Shown here in pieces: positions 17,308 through 26,320 of a stretch of 61,647 bases of DNA. Numbering within the stretch: position 1 is the stretch's first letter; every line of letters starts with the position of its first letter. The stretch is taken from the IMG/VR virus record IMGVR_UViG_3300024520_000072, positions 1-61,647 of that record; one strand, given 5' to 3'. The stretch is from a virus. Its lineage: Duplodnaviria; Caudoviricetes. Under the pieces are notes generated by a model. It was not told where the DNA came from, did no database searches, and worked only from the letters and a program-made list of their open reading frames with translations. The position numbers and the translations under genes are program-made.

Positions 17308-17757
17308 ATGGACTGGAAGGAGGCGACGGACCTCGGGCAGGAGGCGGCCGAGCTGATCGGCAAGCTCCAGAAGGTCTTCGATGACCTCTCGCAGGCCGGG
17401 TATATCGTGGGGCCCCCGTCGTGGCGACAGATCGAGCAGAGCTTCGTCGTGAAAGGCCACGAGAGGGCCCTGACCCTGATCGAGCTGGAGGATCGCCTGA
17501 CGCTCGCGTCGGTCATCGAGCCGAGACCGATCGATGGCCCGCCTGAGAAGGTGAAGTCCTCCGAGCCGTGGTTCGACGTCGATACCGGGCTGCCGCTGGC
17601 CGCCGATGGACACGGCGAGGTCCCGAGATGGGTCGCGAACATAGACGCCCAGACCTGCCCTAATTGCCGGGAACGCGACGGGGAGGCCTGGGATCCACAT
17701 CAATTGCCACACTGCCAGAACGAGGTGTGCCGGTGCGTCGTGGGTCGGCCGGGATGA
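17308..17757 (+). CDS. Hypothetical protein with C-terminal Cys cluster
   Basis: TCPNC...PHCQNEVCRC. Confidence 0.65.
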   Translation: MDWKEATDLGQEAAELIGKLQKVFDDLSQAGYIVGPPSWRQIEQSFVVKGHERALTLIELEDRLTLASVIEPRPIDGPPEKVKSSEPWFDVDTGLPLAADGHGEVPRWVANIDAQTCPNCRERDGEAWDPHQLPHCQNEVCRCVVGRPG

Positions 17758-18062
17758 CCCGACGAGACCCCACCTTCGGGCCGGACTACGATGTCGACCT
17801 CGATGGCCCTCGGGTCAGGCGGCAGATGGACGTCATCCGGGAGTTAATGCTGAGCAGGTGGAGGAGCGGCGCCCCCTGGCTGACTCTGTCCGAGATCGAG
17901 CGCGCGACCGGATACCCTCAGAACAGCATCTCGGCCCAGCTCCGCCACCTCAGGAAGGCGCGGTTCGGGTCTTACGACGTCACGAAGCGACGACGAGGAG
18001 AGCCGAAGGCTGGGCTCTGGGAGTATCGCGTCCGGCCGGAATTCACCCTCACGGGAGACTGA
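17754..18062 (+). CDS. Winged-HTH-like DNA-binding protein
   Basis: WLTLSEIERATGYPQNSISAQLRHLRK...GLWEYR. Confidence 0.7.
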   Translation: MTRRDPTFGPDYDVDLDGPRVRRQMDVIRELMLSRWRSGAPWLTLSEIERATGYPQNSISAQLRHLRKARFGSYDVTKRRRGEPKAGLWEYRVRPEFTLTGD

Positions 18063-18123
18063 GAACGTCACCTTCTCCCCACCCTGGCCACTCACCACGA
18101 CCACTACAGAGGAGCGCCACTCG

Positions 18124-20109
18124 ATGCTGAAGCTCGTCCTGAAGGACTTCATGTGCCACAAGAGCCTCGTCCTGGAGTTCACGGAGCCCGTCGGGTTCAT
18201 CGTCGGGGCGAACGGGGTCGGGAAGACCGCGATCCGGGACGCGCTGGAAATGGTCTACCTCGGAACCGGCAAGATCCGCGGGATCTCGACGAAGAAGGCG
18301 CTCGGCGAGCTGTCGGTCCGGGAGGGTGCGAAGTCCTGCTCCGTGACGGTCGAGACGGAGAAGCTCAGGATCGAGCGGACGATGAAGCGGGACGGCTCCC
18401 AGGAGTTCTGGATGACCCAGGGCGTGGAGACGGCGAGCGGCATCGAGTTCGGTGAGCCCAGGCAGGTCCCGCCCCGCCGCGACGGGAAGAGCCAGGTCGG
18501 AGGGATCGCGGACGACGCCCTCCGTGTGGTCCTGGAGCCGACCGAGTTCTTCCGCCTCGATGAGGCGCGACGCCGAGAGCTGGTCCTCAAGGCGACCTCG
18601 CAGAAGGCCACGCTGGCAGAGATCGTCCAGGCGCTCCACGACTGCCTGGAGCCCGAGGGCGAGGAGGACAAGAAGGCGATCCAGGACGCCGCCGAGTTCG
18701 TCGTCGAGTTCGGGATGAGGCCGGCGGAGACCCACGCGGCGGAGGTCCGCGCTCGGGCGAAGCGAGACCTGAAGGACGTCACCCCGGAGAGGCCCACCCA
18801 CGCGGAGGGCCTGGCTCCGGAGCTGTGCGAGGTGATCGAGGCTCGCACCCTTGAGGAGCTGGAGACCCGCCTGGAGGAGGTCCGCACGCTCCACACCCAG
18901 GCCGTCGCGAGGGAGGCCAGCTCGACCGGGGTCATCGAGGGCCAGCTCCAGGAGGCTCAGGCCGCCCAGGCAGCGGCGGAGGCCGTGGAATACGAGCCCG
19001 CGGACAAGGGGGCGAAGAAGGGGCTCGTCGAGGCGACGAAGAGGGTCGCGGCCGCCACGGGTCAGGTGGAGAGCATCCGGAAGAGCCTGGACACGGCCCG
19101 GCAGGTCTTCGAGGAGACCGAGGTGGCCGTGTCCGAGATCGATTACGAGACCTTTGTGAAGCCGAAGGCCTGCCCCGCCGTCCCGTTCCCGTTTCAGTGT
19201 ACCGTGAAGAAGGGGAGCTTCCGGGCGGCGATCGAGGCCGGGAACGGTCAGGCCGACGATCCTGGCGCTCTCGGGACCGCCAAGAAGGCCGCCGACGAGC
19301 TAAAGGTGAAGCTCGACGCCGCCGTCCAGGCCCTGGAAGCCGTCCAGGCCCAGCTCGCCACGGCGACGGAGCGCGCCGAGACAGAGCGCGACCGCACGAC
19401 ACGAGACGACGCGAAGGCCGAGGCGATCAACAGGACCCGAGCGCGGGCCCAGGAACTCGAAGGCCAGCTCCTGGAGGCGCAGACGATGGAGTCCGGCATA
19501 GTGGGGGAGACCGCCCCGGCCCTGGAGGAGCGCGTCGAGCGCGGCCGTGAGATGGTCGAAGCGAAGCGGGCCTGGGACATCCAGGAGGATCTCTACCGGA
19601 ACCAGACGACGAGGAAGACCGAGCTGGAGATGACGATCGCGCGCTGGGACGAGATCGCGAAGGCCCTCAAGCCTGACGGCATCGAGACGATGCTCGGAGG
19701 AGGGGCGAAGGAGGAGTTCCTGGAGCTTCTCGATTCCGCTGAGGGTCTGGCCGGGTCGATCGAGCTGACGCCGGACTTCGACATCGTGGTCCACAGAGGC
19801 GTCGATGTGAACCGTCACCCCCTCCAGCTCTCCACCTCTCAGAGGCTCGCGGTCGGGATCGCGATCCAGCACGCCTTCGCGACGCTCCTCCAGTTCCCGA
19901 TCCTCTGCTGCGATGCGATCGATACCTTCGACCAGGGCCTGAAGTCGGCGTGGGCCGAGTTCGCCAACAGGGTCGAGGACCGTTACGACGGAGCGATCCT
20001 CGGGATCTCGACGACGAGCGTGGCGACGCCCGCCGCGCCGCCGCCTGGGTTCGAGAGCTACCACCTGCACGACGGGACCGCGACCCACCTCATCACAGCG
20101 GAGGAGTAG
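18124..20109 (+). CDS. SMC/Rad50(SbcC)-like ATPase
   Basis: LKDFMCH, GANGVGKT Walker A, long coiled coil, LSTSQR signature, ILCCD Walker B. Confidence 0.8.
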   Translation: MLKLVLKDFMCHKSLVLEFTEPVGFIVGANGVGKTAIRDALEMVYLGTGKIRGISTKKALGELSVREGAKSCSVTVETEKLRIERTMKRDGSQEFWMTQGVETASGIEFGEPRQVPPRRDGKSQVGGIADDALRVVLEPTEFFRLDEARRRELVLKATSQKATLAEIVQALHDCLEPEGEEDKKAIQDAAEFVVEFGMRPAETHAAEVRARAKRDLKDVTPERPTHAEGLAPELCEVIEARTLEELETRLEEVRTLHTQAVAREASSTGVIEGQLQEAQAAQAAAEAVEYEPADKGAKKGLVEATKRVAAATGQVESIRKSLDTARQVFEETEVAVSEIDYETFVKPKACPAVPFPFQCTVKKGSFRAAIEAGNGQADDPGALGTAKKAADELKVKLDAAVQALEAVQAQLATATERAETERDRTTRDDAKAEAINRTRARAQELEGQLLEAQTMESGIVGETAPALEERVERGREMVEAKRAWDIQEDLYRNQTTRKTELEMTIARWDEIAKALKPDGIETMLGGGAKEEFLELLDSAEGLAGSIELTPDFDIVVHRGVDVNRHPLQLSTSQRLAVGIAIQHAFATLLQFPILCCDAIDTFDQGLKSAWAEFANRVEDRYDGAILGISTTSVATPAAPPPGFESYHLHDGTATHLITAEE

Positions 20110-20112
20110 GCT

Positions 20113-20343
20113 ATGACGCAGACCAGAATCGACTGGTATGATTTGAGCCAGGTCGCCGGGACAGTCCTGGCCGTCTTCGGCCTGGGCGCGATCATCGCTG
20201 CCGGCGTCTGGCTGAAGTACGCGAGCCCGCGGAGCGACTACCAGCGCCTGAACGCCCTGGAGCAGAAGGTCCAGGCCCTGTCGATCCGCGTGGACGCGCG
20301 GCATTGCCCCGAGGTCGAGGAGGATAGCTCTCATGCACCTTAG
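20113..20343 (+). CDS. Small bitopic membrane protein
   Basis: TM helix followed by a short coiled coil. Confidence 0.65.
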   Translation: MTQTRIDWYDLSQVAGTVLAVFGLGAIIAAGVWLKYASPRSDYQRLNALEQKVQALSIRVDARHCPEVEEDSSHAP

Positions 20344-20548
20344 GGACTCCATGGGGATCCGTGCAGAGTGGATCCTGACCTTCGCGATCGTGATGGTCGT
20401 CATCCACGCGGTATTCAACACGCTCTCGATCAGGCGAGACGCCGAGAGGATCAGCACGCTCGAAACCAGGGTCCAGGAGCTGGAAGCGAACCAGGAGACT
20501 CTAATCGGGGCTTTAGATAAGGTCGTCCTCATCCTGGAGGATAGATAG
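20333..20548 (+). CDS. Small bitopic membrane protein
   Basis: TM helix followed by a coiled coil; GAGGAG RBS. Confidence 0.65.
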   Translation: MHLRDSMGIRAEWILTFAIVMVVIHAVFNTLSIRRDAERISTLETRVQELEANQETLIGALDKVVLILEDR

Positions 20549-20550
20549 CC

Positions 20551-20886
20551 GTGATCCTCACTCTGGACGCCGACGGCCGCTACATCCAGGGGCCCGACTG
20601 CGGAAAGGTCGCGATGTTGCTCGACGCTGGGGCGAAGCGGAGGGTCCCGCCCAGGAGGTTCCCGCCCCGCGCTGGTCGGCAGTATGTAGCCGTTGAGATT
20701 CAGGGCACCCACGACGCCGCTCTCTGGGTCCAGGACGACGTGGACTTCAAGCGCTGCAAGCGAGACGACGACCGATTTATCGTCTGGCTGGAGATGGAGA
20801 CCGAGCCCCTGGTGAGCGCTGGGCGTCTGCCACCAGACCAGAAGGTGAGCAACTACGAGGACCGGGCCTTCCCGGGGATGTGGTGA
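20551..20886 (+). CDS. Hypothetical protein
   Basis: GGAGG RBS, GTG start. Confidence 0.6.
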   Translation: MILTLDADGRYIQGPDCGKVAMLLDAGAKRRVPPRRFPPRAGRQYVAVEIQGTHDAALWVQDDVDFKRCKRDDDRFIVWLEMETEPLVSAGRLPPDQKVSNYEDRAFPGMW

Positions 20887-21002
20887 TGTGGTGGCTCGGA
20901 TGCGTCCGGAGATGGTTGAGGGAGATCACCTCGGAGCCCACCTACTGCGATGGCTGCAAGCGCTTTTCCAGGGGCTTCATCTGTCCCTACTGCTAGGAGA
21001 TC

Positions 21003-21191
21003 ATGCCGAAAAGGCCGCACGCTACGGGGCATCGTTTCGGCCCCGACCTCGTCTGCCTCTGTGGCGTCGAATGGGAGTCCCACCAGACCGCACAGACCGA
21101 GTGTCCGCTGGCCAGGACCGAACCCGACGCCTCGCCGGATGAGCCGGGAGACGTGGAGTCCGAGGAAGAGACGCCAGGATCAGGTGCCTGA
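21003..21191 (+). CDS. Small hypothetical protein
   Basis: AGGAG RBS; H/C residues and acidic tail. Confidence 0.5.
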   Translation: MPKRPHATGHRFGPDLVCLCGVEWESHQTAQTECPLARTEPDASPDEPGDVESEEETPGSGA

Positions 21192-21195
21192 TCTC

Positions 21196-21693
21196 CTAGA
21201 GGTCGATCCAGAGAAGCTCGATCCCGGCGTCCGTCGGCGTCGCGCCCTGGTTCTCCCACTGGACGAGGTAGTCCCCGGCGGCGAGGATCCAGCCGTAGGT
21301 CTCCAGCTCCAGAGGGTCGAGGGCGTTGTAACGATGTCCGGCGTTCGAGAAGAACTTCGCGAGCTTCGTCCCGTCGGCCACGACGGTCGGGGTGTGGAAC
21401 ACGATGGCGGACGAGGTGATCGAGTCGACCCGGTTCCGGGCCACGACCGTTAGAGGCGTCCCGTCGGCCACGGGATCGTCCGGGGTGGGGCCGTCGTAGA
21501 GGGCGCCGTAGAAGTCCCCGTCCCCGGAGAAGGCGAAACCGAGGAGGATCCCGGCGCCCGCTGCCACTCGGACCAGAAGCTCGATCTGTGCCGGCGAGGC
21601 GCCGACGGCCTCGTCCTCGTGGGTGACGGAGAAGACGCGGCCAGCATCGAGGGCGGCGGCGTAGCTGTATTTCGAGAAGGCGCTAGCAGGCAT
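21196..21693 (-). CDS. Beta-rich hypothetical protein, paralog B
   Basis: Shares LLRVAAGA, NR..S.TS, PTV..DGTKL..FFSN.G.R.N, GWIL..GDYL and WIDL with 21705..22205. Confidence 0.85.
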   Translation of the reverse strand: MPASAFSKYSYAAALDAGRVFSVTHEDEAVGASPAQIELLVRVAAGAGILLGFAFSGDGDFYGALYDGPTPDDPVADGTPLTVVARNRVDSITSSAIVFHTPTVVADGTKLAKFFSNAGHRYNALDPLELETYGWILAAGDYLVQWENQGATPTDAGIELLWIDL

Positions 21694-21704
21694 GGCCCAC
21701 CCTC

Positions 21705-22205
21705 CTAGAGGTCGATCCAGATCATCTCGATCGTCGCGTCCGTGACGCCGGCCGAGTGGTTATCGAACTGGAGGAGGTAGTCGCCGGGGTCCAGGATCCA
21801 GCCCCGCTTCTCGATGTCCAGGCCGTCGACCCCGTTGACCCGCTGGCCGTTGTTCGAGAAGAACCTCCGGAGCTTCGTCCCGTCGTCCGAGACCGTCGGG
21901 CCGTCGAAGGCGAGCGTCGTCGAGGTGTTCGTGGAGATGCGGTTCCGGTTCAGGACAGCAATAGCCGCGCCGTCCGCGCCCGTCGTCGGGTCGGCGTAGA
22001 AGCCCGCCCAGCAGTCCGCCCCGCCGCTGATCGCGAAGGCGAACCGGATCGCCGCCCCGGCCGCCACACGGAGGAGGACCTCCTGCTGGCCCGGCCCGCC
22101 GTTCTCGGCCGGGACGTCGTCGACGTCGAGAGTGGCGGAGAAGGCCTGGCCATCCCGGATCGCCGTTGCGTAGCTGAAGGGGTCGATGATTGACTGGCCG
22201 CTCAT
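21705..22205 (-). CDS. Beta-rich hypothetical protein, paralog A
   Basis: Paralog of 21196..21693; GGAGG RBS. Confidence 0.85.
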   Translation of the reverse strand: MSGQSIIDPFSYATAIRDGQAFSATLDVDDVPAENGGPGQQEVLLRVAAGAAIRFAFAISGGADCWAGFYADPTTGADGAAIAVLNRNRISTNTSTTLAFDGPTVSDDGTKLRRFFSNNGQRVNGVDGLDIEKRGWILDPGDYLLQFDNHSAGVTDATIEMIWIDL

Positions 22206-22247
22206 GGCTGCCTCCTCTGCTGGCGCGAAGGTATCGGAGGGCGCGAC

Positions 22248-22484
22248 CTATCGCCCGCCCCGTAGCGCCTCGATGTACGCCGAGTAGGACATGCACTCCC
22301 AGCCGAACTCGGCCAGCGGCGTCCCGTCCTCTCGGGCGGCCTGTTCCTCAGTCGCCTCGTCCATGATCGGCGGCCTCTGTAGCACTCCGAAGCTCGGCGG
22401 CGCGGGCTTCGCGCATCCGACGAGCGCGAGCGCGGCGACCGACGAGAGTCTTAGGAGGGTGGTCCAGGTGGATCTTCGCTGCAT
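22248..22484 (-). CDS. o-spanin (Rz1-like lipoprotein)
   Basis: Lipobox LVGC, Pro-rich, overlaps the i-spanin in another frame. Confidence 0.7.
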   Translation of the reverse strand: MQRRSTWTTLLRLSSVAALALVGCAKPAPPSFGVLQRPPIMDEATEEQAAREDGTPLAEFGWECMSYSAYIEALRGGR

Positions 22485-22623
22485 CGTTGGCCTCTTGGTT
22501 CGCTTCGAGCGTGTCGGTCCGGTGCTCTGCGACGGCCTGGGCGCTCTTCGCCCTGACGAGCCTCCGGATCAAGAGACCCACCAGGGCGAAGAGTCCGCCG
22601 AGTGCTGCGAGTAGGGCTTTCAC
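22348..22623 (-). CDS. i-spanin (Rz-like)
   Basis: GTG start; N-terminal TM, Ala-rich helical domain. Confidence 0.65.
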   Translation of the reverse strand: MKALLAALGGLFALVGLLIRRLVRAKSAQAVAEHRTDTLEANQEANDAAKIHLDHPPKTLVGRRARARRMREARAAELRSATEAADHGRGD

Positions 22624-22961
22624 TCGGGCGGCGCGGGCGGAGGAGTATCTCCGGCCGCACACATGGGGCCGAGCAGGTCGCCGACCTTCGGGATCAGACA
22701 GATCCCGCCCAGGATGTTGATCGTCGCGTTGCCGCACGCCACGACGCCGCCCCCGTAGCCCACCTCGAAGTCGACGAAGTCGGCGGCATTGAGCCCGATC
22801 GCGGGAGGCCACGCAAAGCGGACCACCTTGGCGTCCAGCGCGGTATCGAAGGAACAGTCCGCGGCGTAGGCTGGGCTGGCGGCCAGCACGAGCCCGCCGA
22901 GCACGAGTAGCAGGACAGCGCCCCTGACGATCGTCCCTCTGAGAGCCTCTGAGAGCTTCAT
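22620..22961 (-). CDS. Secreted hypothetical protein in the lysis cassette
   Basis: Signal peptide ending AYA; four Cys. Confidence 0.7.
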   Translation of the reverse strand: MKLSEALRGTIVRGAVLLLVLGGLVLAASPAYAADCSFDTALDAKVVRFAWPPAIGLNAADFVDFEVGYGGGVVACGNATINILGGICLIPKVGDLLGPMCAAGDTPPPAPPE

Positions 22962-23260
22962 GGATTCCCCCTCCTCTGGCAGTCCTGGACGTCGCGCTCC
23001 AGGTCTGCGATCACGAGAGCCAGATGGCTCACGACTGAAGCCGGGATTCTATCATCCCGGGCCGCCTCTGCCTCCAGGGCTCGGAATGTGCGGTCCTCCA
23101 GGTCGTCGGAGACGGCCTCCCTGGCGCGTCCCATCGCGGCCAGGAAGGTCGCCTCCTCCCCCCGGTACTCTCCCCCCAGAAAGGCGCCGAGAGGGACTGC
23201 CAGGGCCAGCGCGATCTTCAGGACCAGGCGGACCCACTCGGGCGCCGGCCCGAGGCTCAC
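22958..23260 (-). CDS. Membrane protein in the lysis cassette
   Basis: GTGA-coupled to the endolysin; N-terminal TM. Confidence 0.6.
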   Translation of the reverse strand: MSLGPAPEWVRLVLKIALALAVPLGAFLGGEYRGEEATFLAAMGRAREAVSDDLEDRTFRALEAEAARDDRIPASVVSHLALVIADLERDVQDCQRRGNP

Positions 23261-23655
23261 GGATCGAGTTCCGCATGGATGTGGACGTTCCACTCCTTCC
23301 CGTGACACGAGACGTCATAGTTCACGCCCTGGCGCGCGAGCAGGTCGACCCTCATCCTGGCGGCCCAGGCCTCGCCGATCGTCCGGCGATCCTCCAGGAC
23401 GTCCGTCGTCCCCCAGAGCGAGATGTCGAAGGCGTTGTTCCGCTCGTGGGCGTCCAGGGTGTCCCGGATCTTCCGCCAGCCCTCCGAGACTATGACCTCC
23501 GTCATACCGTGAGGGGCGGTCCGGAGCGCGGACTGGACGATGCACCAGACCTCGGGGCGTGTATTGCCCTCGGTCAGAATGCAGCCCCGGCGAGCCTTCT
23601 CGGAGCTGTCCTTCCAGTCGGCCTTTATGATGAGCCGCGGGCCCTTGTAGCCCAT
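23257..23655 (-). CDS. Putative endolysin, peptidase M15-like Zn peptidase
   Basis: H-x6-D (HERNNAFD) plus HIH; lysis context. Confidence 0.7.
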   Translation of the reverse strand: MGYKGPRLIIKADWKDSSEKARRGCILTEGNTRPEVWCIVQSALRTAPHGMTEVIVSEGWRKIRDTLDAHERNNAFDISLWGTTDVLEDRRTIGEAWAARMRVDLLARQGVNYDVSCHGKEWNVHIHAELDP

Positions 23656-23658
23656 CTC

Positions 23659-24087
23659 TCAGTGTCCTCCGGGTGGCTGCGAGACCGTCCCGAGCCACTC
23701 CCAGACGCGCTGCAAGATGGCCCAGAGCCCGACCGCTCCTGCCGCGCTCGCTCCGCCGACGACGGCCGTCTGACTTGGGGTCGCCCCATGAGCGCTCCCG
23801 GCGATCTCCATCTTCTCGTGGGCCGCGAGGTCGTCCCGGACGCCGTCGATCTTGTGGTGCGTCCCGTCCAGCCGGTCGTCCACGACATCGAAGCGGCGGT
23901 TCGTCTCGGTCTCCTGGGCGGCCTGCCTCTCGTGGCCTTGCGTGAGCCCACGGGCTACCTCGATCCGGAGCGCGCTCGTAGCCTCAGCGCTGCCTCGGAT
24001 CATCTTCTTCGCTTCATCCAGGGACTCCCCGAAGTGGCTCATCGTTGACTCGATCTTGCCGAGTGTCCGCTCGATCTCCTCGCTCAT
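23659..24087 (-). CDS. Holin-like or coiled-coil membrane protein
   Basis: Coiled coil with C-terminal TM, upstream of the endolysin. Confidence 0.5.
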   Translation of the reverse strand: MSEEIERTLGKIESTMSHFGESLDEAKKMIRGSAEATSALRIEVARGLTQGHERQAAQETETNRRFDVVDDRLDGTHHKIDGVRDDLAAHEKMEIAGSAHGATPSQTAVVGGASAAGAVGLWAILQRVWEWLGTVSQPPGGH

Positions 24088-24614
24088 CCGGTTCTCCGTC
24101 GTCGTCTCAGGTGGAGGATCGTCAGTAGCAATAGGCCGGCAGATAGTAGCCGGCCCTGGGCGGGCTCGGGGACGTGGATCAGTGGAGGGGGTGGGTTGAG
24201 GCAGTTGCCGATCAGGATCGGAGCACTCCACGAGGAGCGATCTCGATGGAGAGGTCCCCCGTCGTGTTTGTGGGGAGGGTCCAGGGTAGCGGCCTGGACT
24301 CGGGAACACCCGGGAGCGTCGAGGAGCGTCGCCTCGGCGTAGACCTCGTCCGTGGAGTAGCCGTGGCGCGCGGCGCGGTCCATCTCGTCCTGGGTGAGTC
24401 CGGACAGCGCCTTCGACGGCGCCCACTGGAACCAGTCCCAGTTCTGAGGCGAGGAGCGGAGGGCCAGATCGCGAGCGGCGCCGTTCGGTAGGGAGGCCTT
24501 GAGGGGGTCTGCCCAGAGGACCCGGCTCGCACCCTGCCAGGGATCGGCGAACGCGATCCGGGCGGCGGCGAGCGTCACCAGGAACACGAAGCCGCCCACT
24601 GAGATCCGTTGCAT
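24084..24614 (-). CDS. PEP-CTERM sorting-domain protein
   Basis: Signal peptide ending AFA; C-terminal VPEP + LLSAGLLLLTILHL + RRRRR. Confidence 0.85.
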   Translation of the reverse strand: MQRISVGGFVFLVTLAAARIAFADPWQGASRVLWADPLKASLPNGAARDLALRSSPQNWDWFQWAPSKALSGLTQDEMDRAARHGYSTDEVYAEATLLDAPGCSRVQAATLDPPHKHDGGPLHRDRSSWSAPILIGNCLNPPPPLIHVPEPAQGRLLSAGLLLLTILHLRRRRRTG

Positions 24615-24631
24615 GACGTCCGCCAGACCTC

Positions 24632-26308
24632 CTACCAGACCTTCACGATCGACATATTGCCGAAGACGTCCCTCGTCCCGGTCGAGTCCTGGTAGGCCAC
24701 GCCACGCACGATCTGTCCGACGGCCAGCTCGATCCCGAGAGTGACGTGGACGATGGTATCCGAGTTCGTTGTGGGGTGAGGGTCGTTCTGGCCGAGCCCC
24801 CCGGACTCGATCGTCCCGTCGATACTGATCGCGATAGCGCGGTTGACCCCGCCGTTCGGCGTCCCGGTTCCTGAGTCTTCGTCGAAGAGGACGTTCAGCC
24901 CGATTTCGTACCAGCCAGCGCCGCCCGCTGGCACGGTGAAGCGGTCCGGGTTGGCCCCGCCGACGTCGATCATCCCGCCGATATCGGTGACCTCGGTCTC
25001 CCAGTCGATGTCTGTCGCGGTGTCGTGCGCGATATTGAAGCCCGTCGTCACAGTGGCCCGCGCTCTCGCCTGAGTCGCAGAGCTGACGAGCTGGGTCGCG
25101 CCGATCTCCACAGCGTCGATCTCGTTGGTCACGAGCGAGAGCTGGTCGACTCCAGGGGATCTCATCCCAGAGGTCGGGTCGGTCTGGAAGGAATAGACCG
25201 GGTTTGTCTCCGTCCCGTCCGCCGCTCGGAGCTGTTCTGGCTGCGCCGCCCCGCCGTGGGCACGGACCACATGGACGCCGCCTGCCGTGAGGGCGACCTC
25301 GTCAGCCGCTGGCCAGTAGACCCCGGTATTCGGGTCTCCGATGGGAGCGATCGATGGGAGCGGGGCGGTCCCGGCCGGGAAGAGGATCCTCAGGCTCGAC
25401 GGCTCCAGGCCCGCCAGGATCTCGTCAAGCTGTTCGAGCCGATCGTGGAGCCCGTCGAAGTCCGAGAAGAGGAAGTGGCCGCCCGTGACCTTGATCCCTG
25501 TACTCGGTCCCTCGTCGGCGAACGACCCCCCGGTGACCGTCATCACGAGCGCCGAGAGGCCCGTGAGCGTATAGGGCCCATCGTTCAGCTCTGAGTCGTC
25601 GACCTGGATGTCCTGGCCGTTCACGAAGCCGTCGGCCGTCCAGTCGCCCACGGTCCTCTCCAGCGTGTCGGAGCCGTTGCCGTCGATGAACTCGATCGAG
25701 TCGGTCCCGTCGAACCACGGGGTCGTCCCGCGCCGGACTCGGCTCCGCTCGTAGTCGTCGCCGTCCCAGAAGACGGGAGCGAGCCGGGTCGGGTTCGAGA
25801 GCACCGAGCCCGAGTCGATGTCGAAGTGCCAGAGGTCGACGATCGACGGGAGCACAGAGGCCGTGTCCACGAGTGTCGGGATGCCCTGGGTGTTGACGTT
25901 GAGGAAGCGCTCCAGCGTGTCCCCGCCTCCAGCGTAGGTCGCCGTCAGGACGGCCGCCGTCGCCGGGGCGACTCGGACGCCTTGGACCAGCGCGGACCCT
26001 GTCGCGACGTCGATCCGGTTGTCGTTCGGGGCGTCCTGGATGGTCGGGAAGTAGGAGTGAACCCCGATCAAGCCGCCATTGACGTGGATCGTGTATCGAT
26101 CGTATTGGAGCAGGTCGAGTGGGAGGACGGATCCGGGCCCCTGGATGTTGTTGATCTCCAGGGTGTGGAGGTTCACGGTATTGAAGAGCGTCAGGAGCGT
26201 CGCGTCGAGGTCGTCTCCGTAGGTGTAGTAGCTCGCCGAGGTCACGGCGCCCTGGCCCGACGCGAAGGCGACGTAGTAGTTGTTTCCGATGACCATCGTC
26301 TGAGCCAT
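24632..26308 (-). CDS. Tail fiber / receptor-binding protein
   Basis: GTA..PSI....DPNTG.Y fiber repeats; C1q-like C-terminus (RFTVP..GAGWY). Confidence 0.75.
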   Translation of the reverse strand: MAQTMVIGNNYYVAFASGQGAVTSASYYTYGDDLDATLLTLFNTVNLHTLEINNIQGPGSVLPLDLLQYDRYTIHVNGGLIGVHSYFPTIQDAPNDNRIDVATGSALVQGVRVAPATAAVLTATYAGGGDTLERFLNVNTQGIPTLVDTASVLPSIVDLWHFDIDSGSVLSNPTRLAPVFWDGDDYERSRVRRGTTPWFDGTDSIEFIDGNGSDTLERTVGDWTADGFVNGQDIQVDDSELNDGPYTLTGLSALVMTVTGGSFADEGPSTGIKVTGGHFLFSDFDGLHDRLEQLDEILAGLEPSSLRILFPAGTAPLPSIAPIGDPNTGVYWPAADEVALTAGGVHVVRAHGGAAQPEQLRAADGTETNPVYSFQTDPTSGMRSPGVDQLSLVTNEIDAVEIGATQLVSSATQARARATVTTGFNIAHDTATDIDWETEVTDIGGMIDVGGANPDRFTVPAGGAGWYEIGLNVLFDEDSGTGTPNGGVNRAIAISIDGTIESGGLGQNDPHPTTNSDTIVHVTLGIELAVGQIVRGVAYQDSTGTRDVFGNMSIVKVW

Positions 26309-26320
26309 GGCGCTCTCCTC

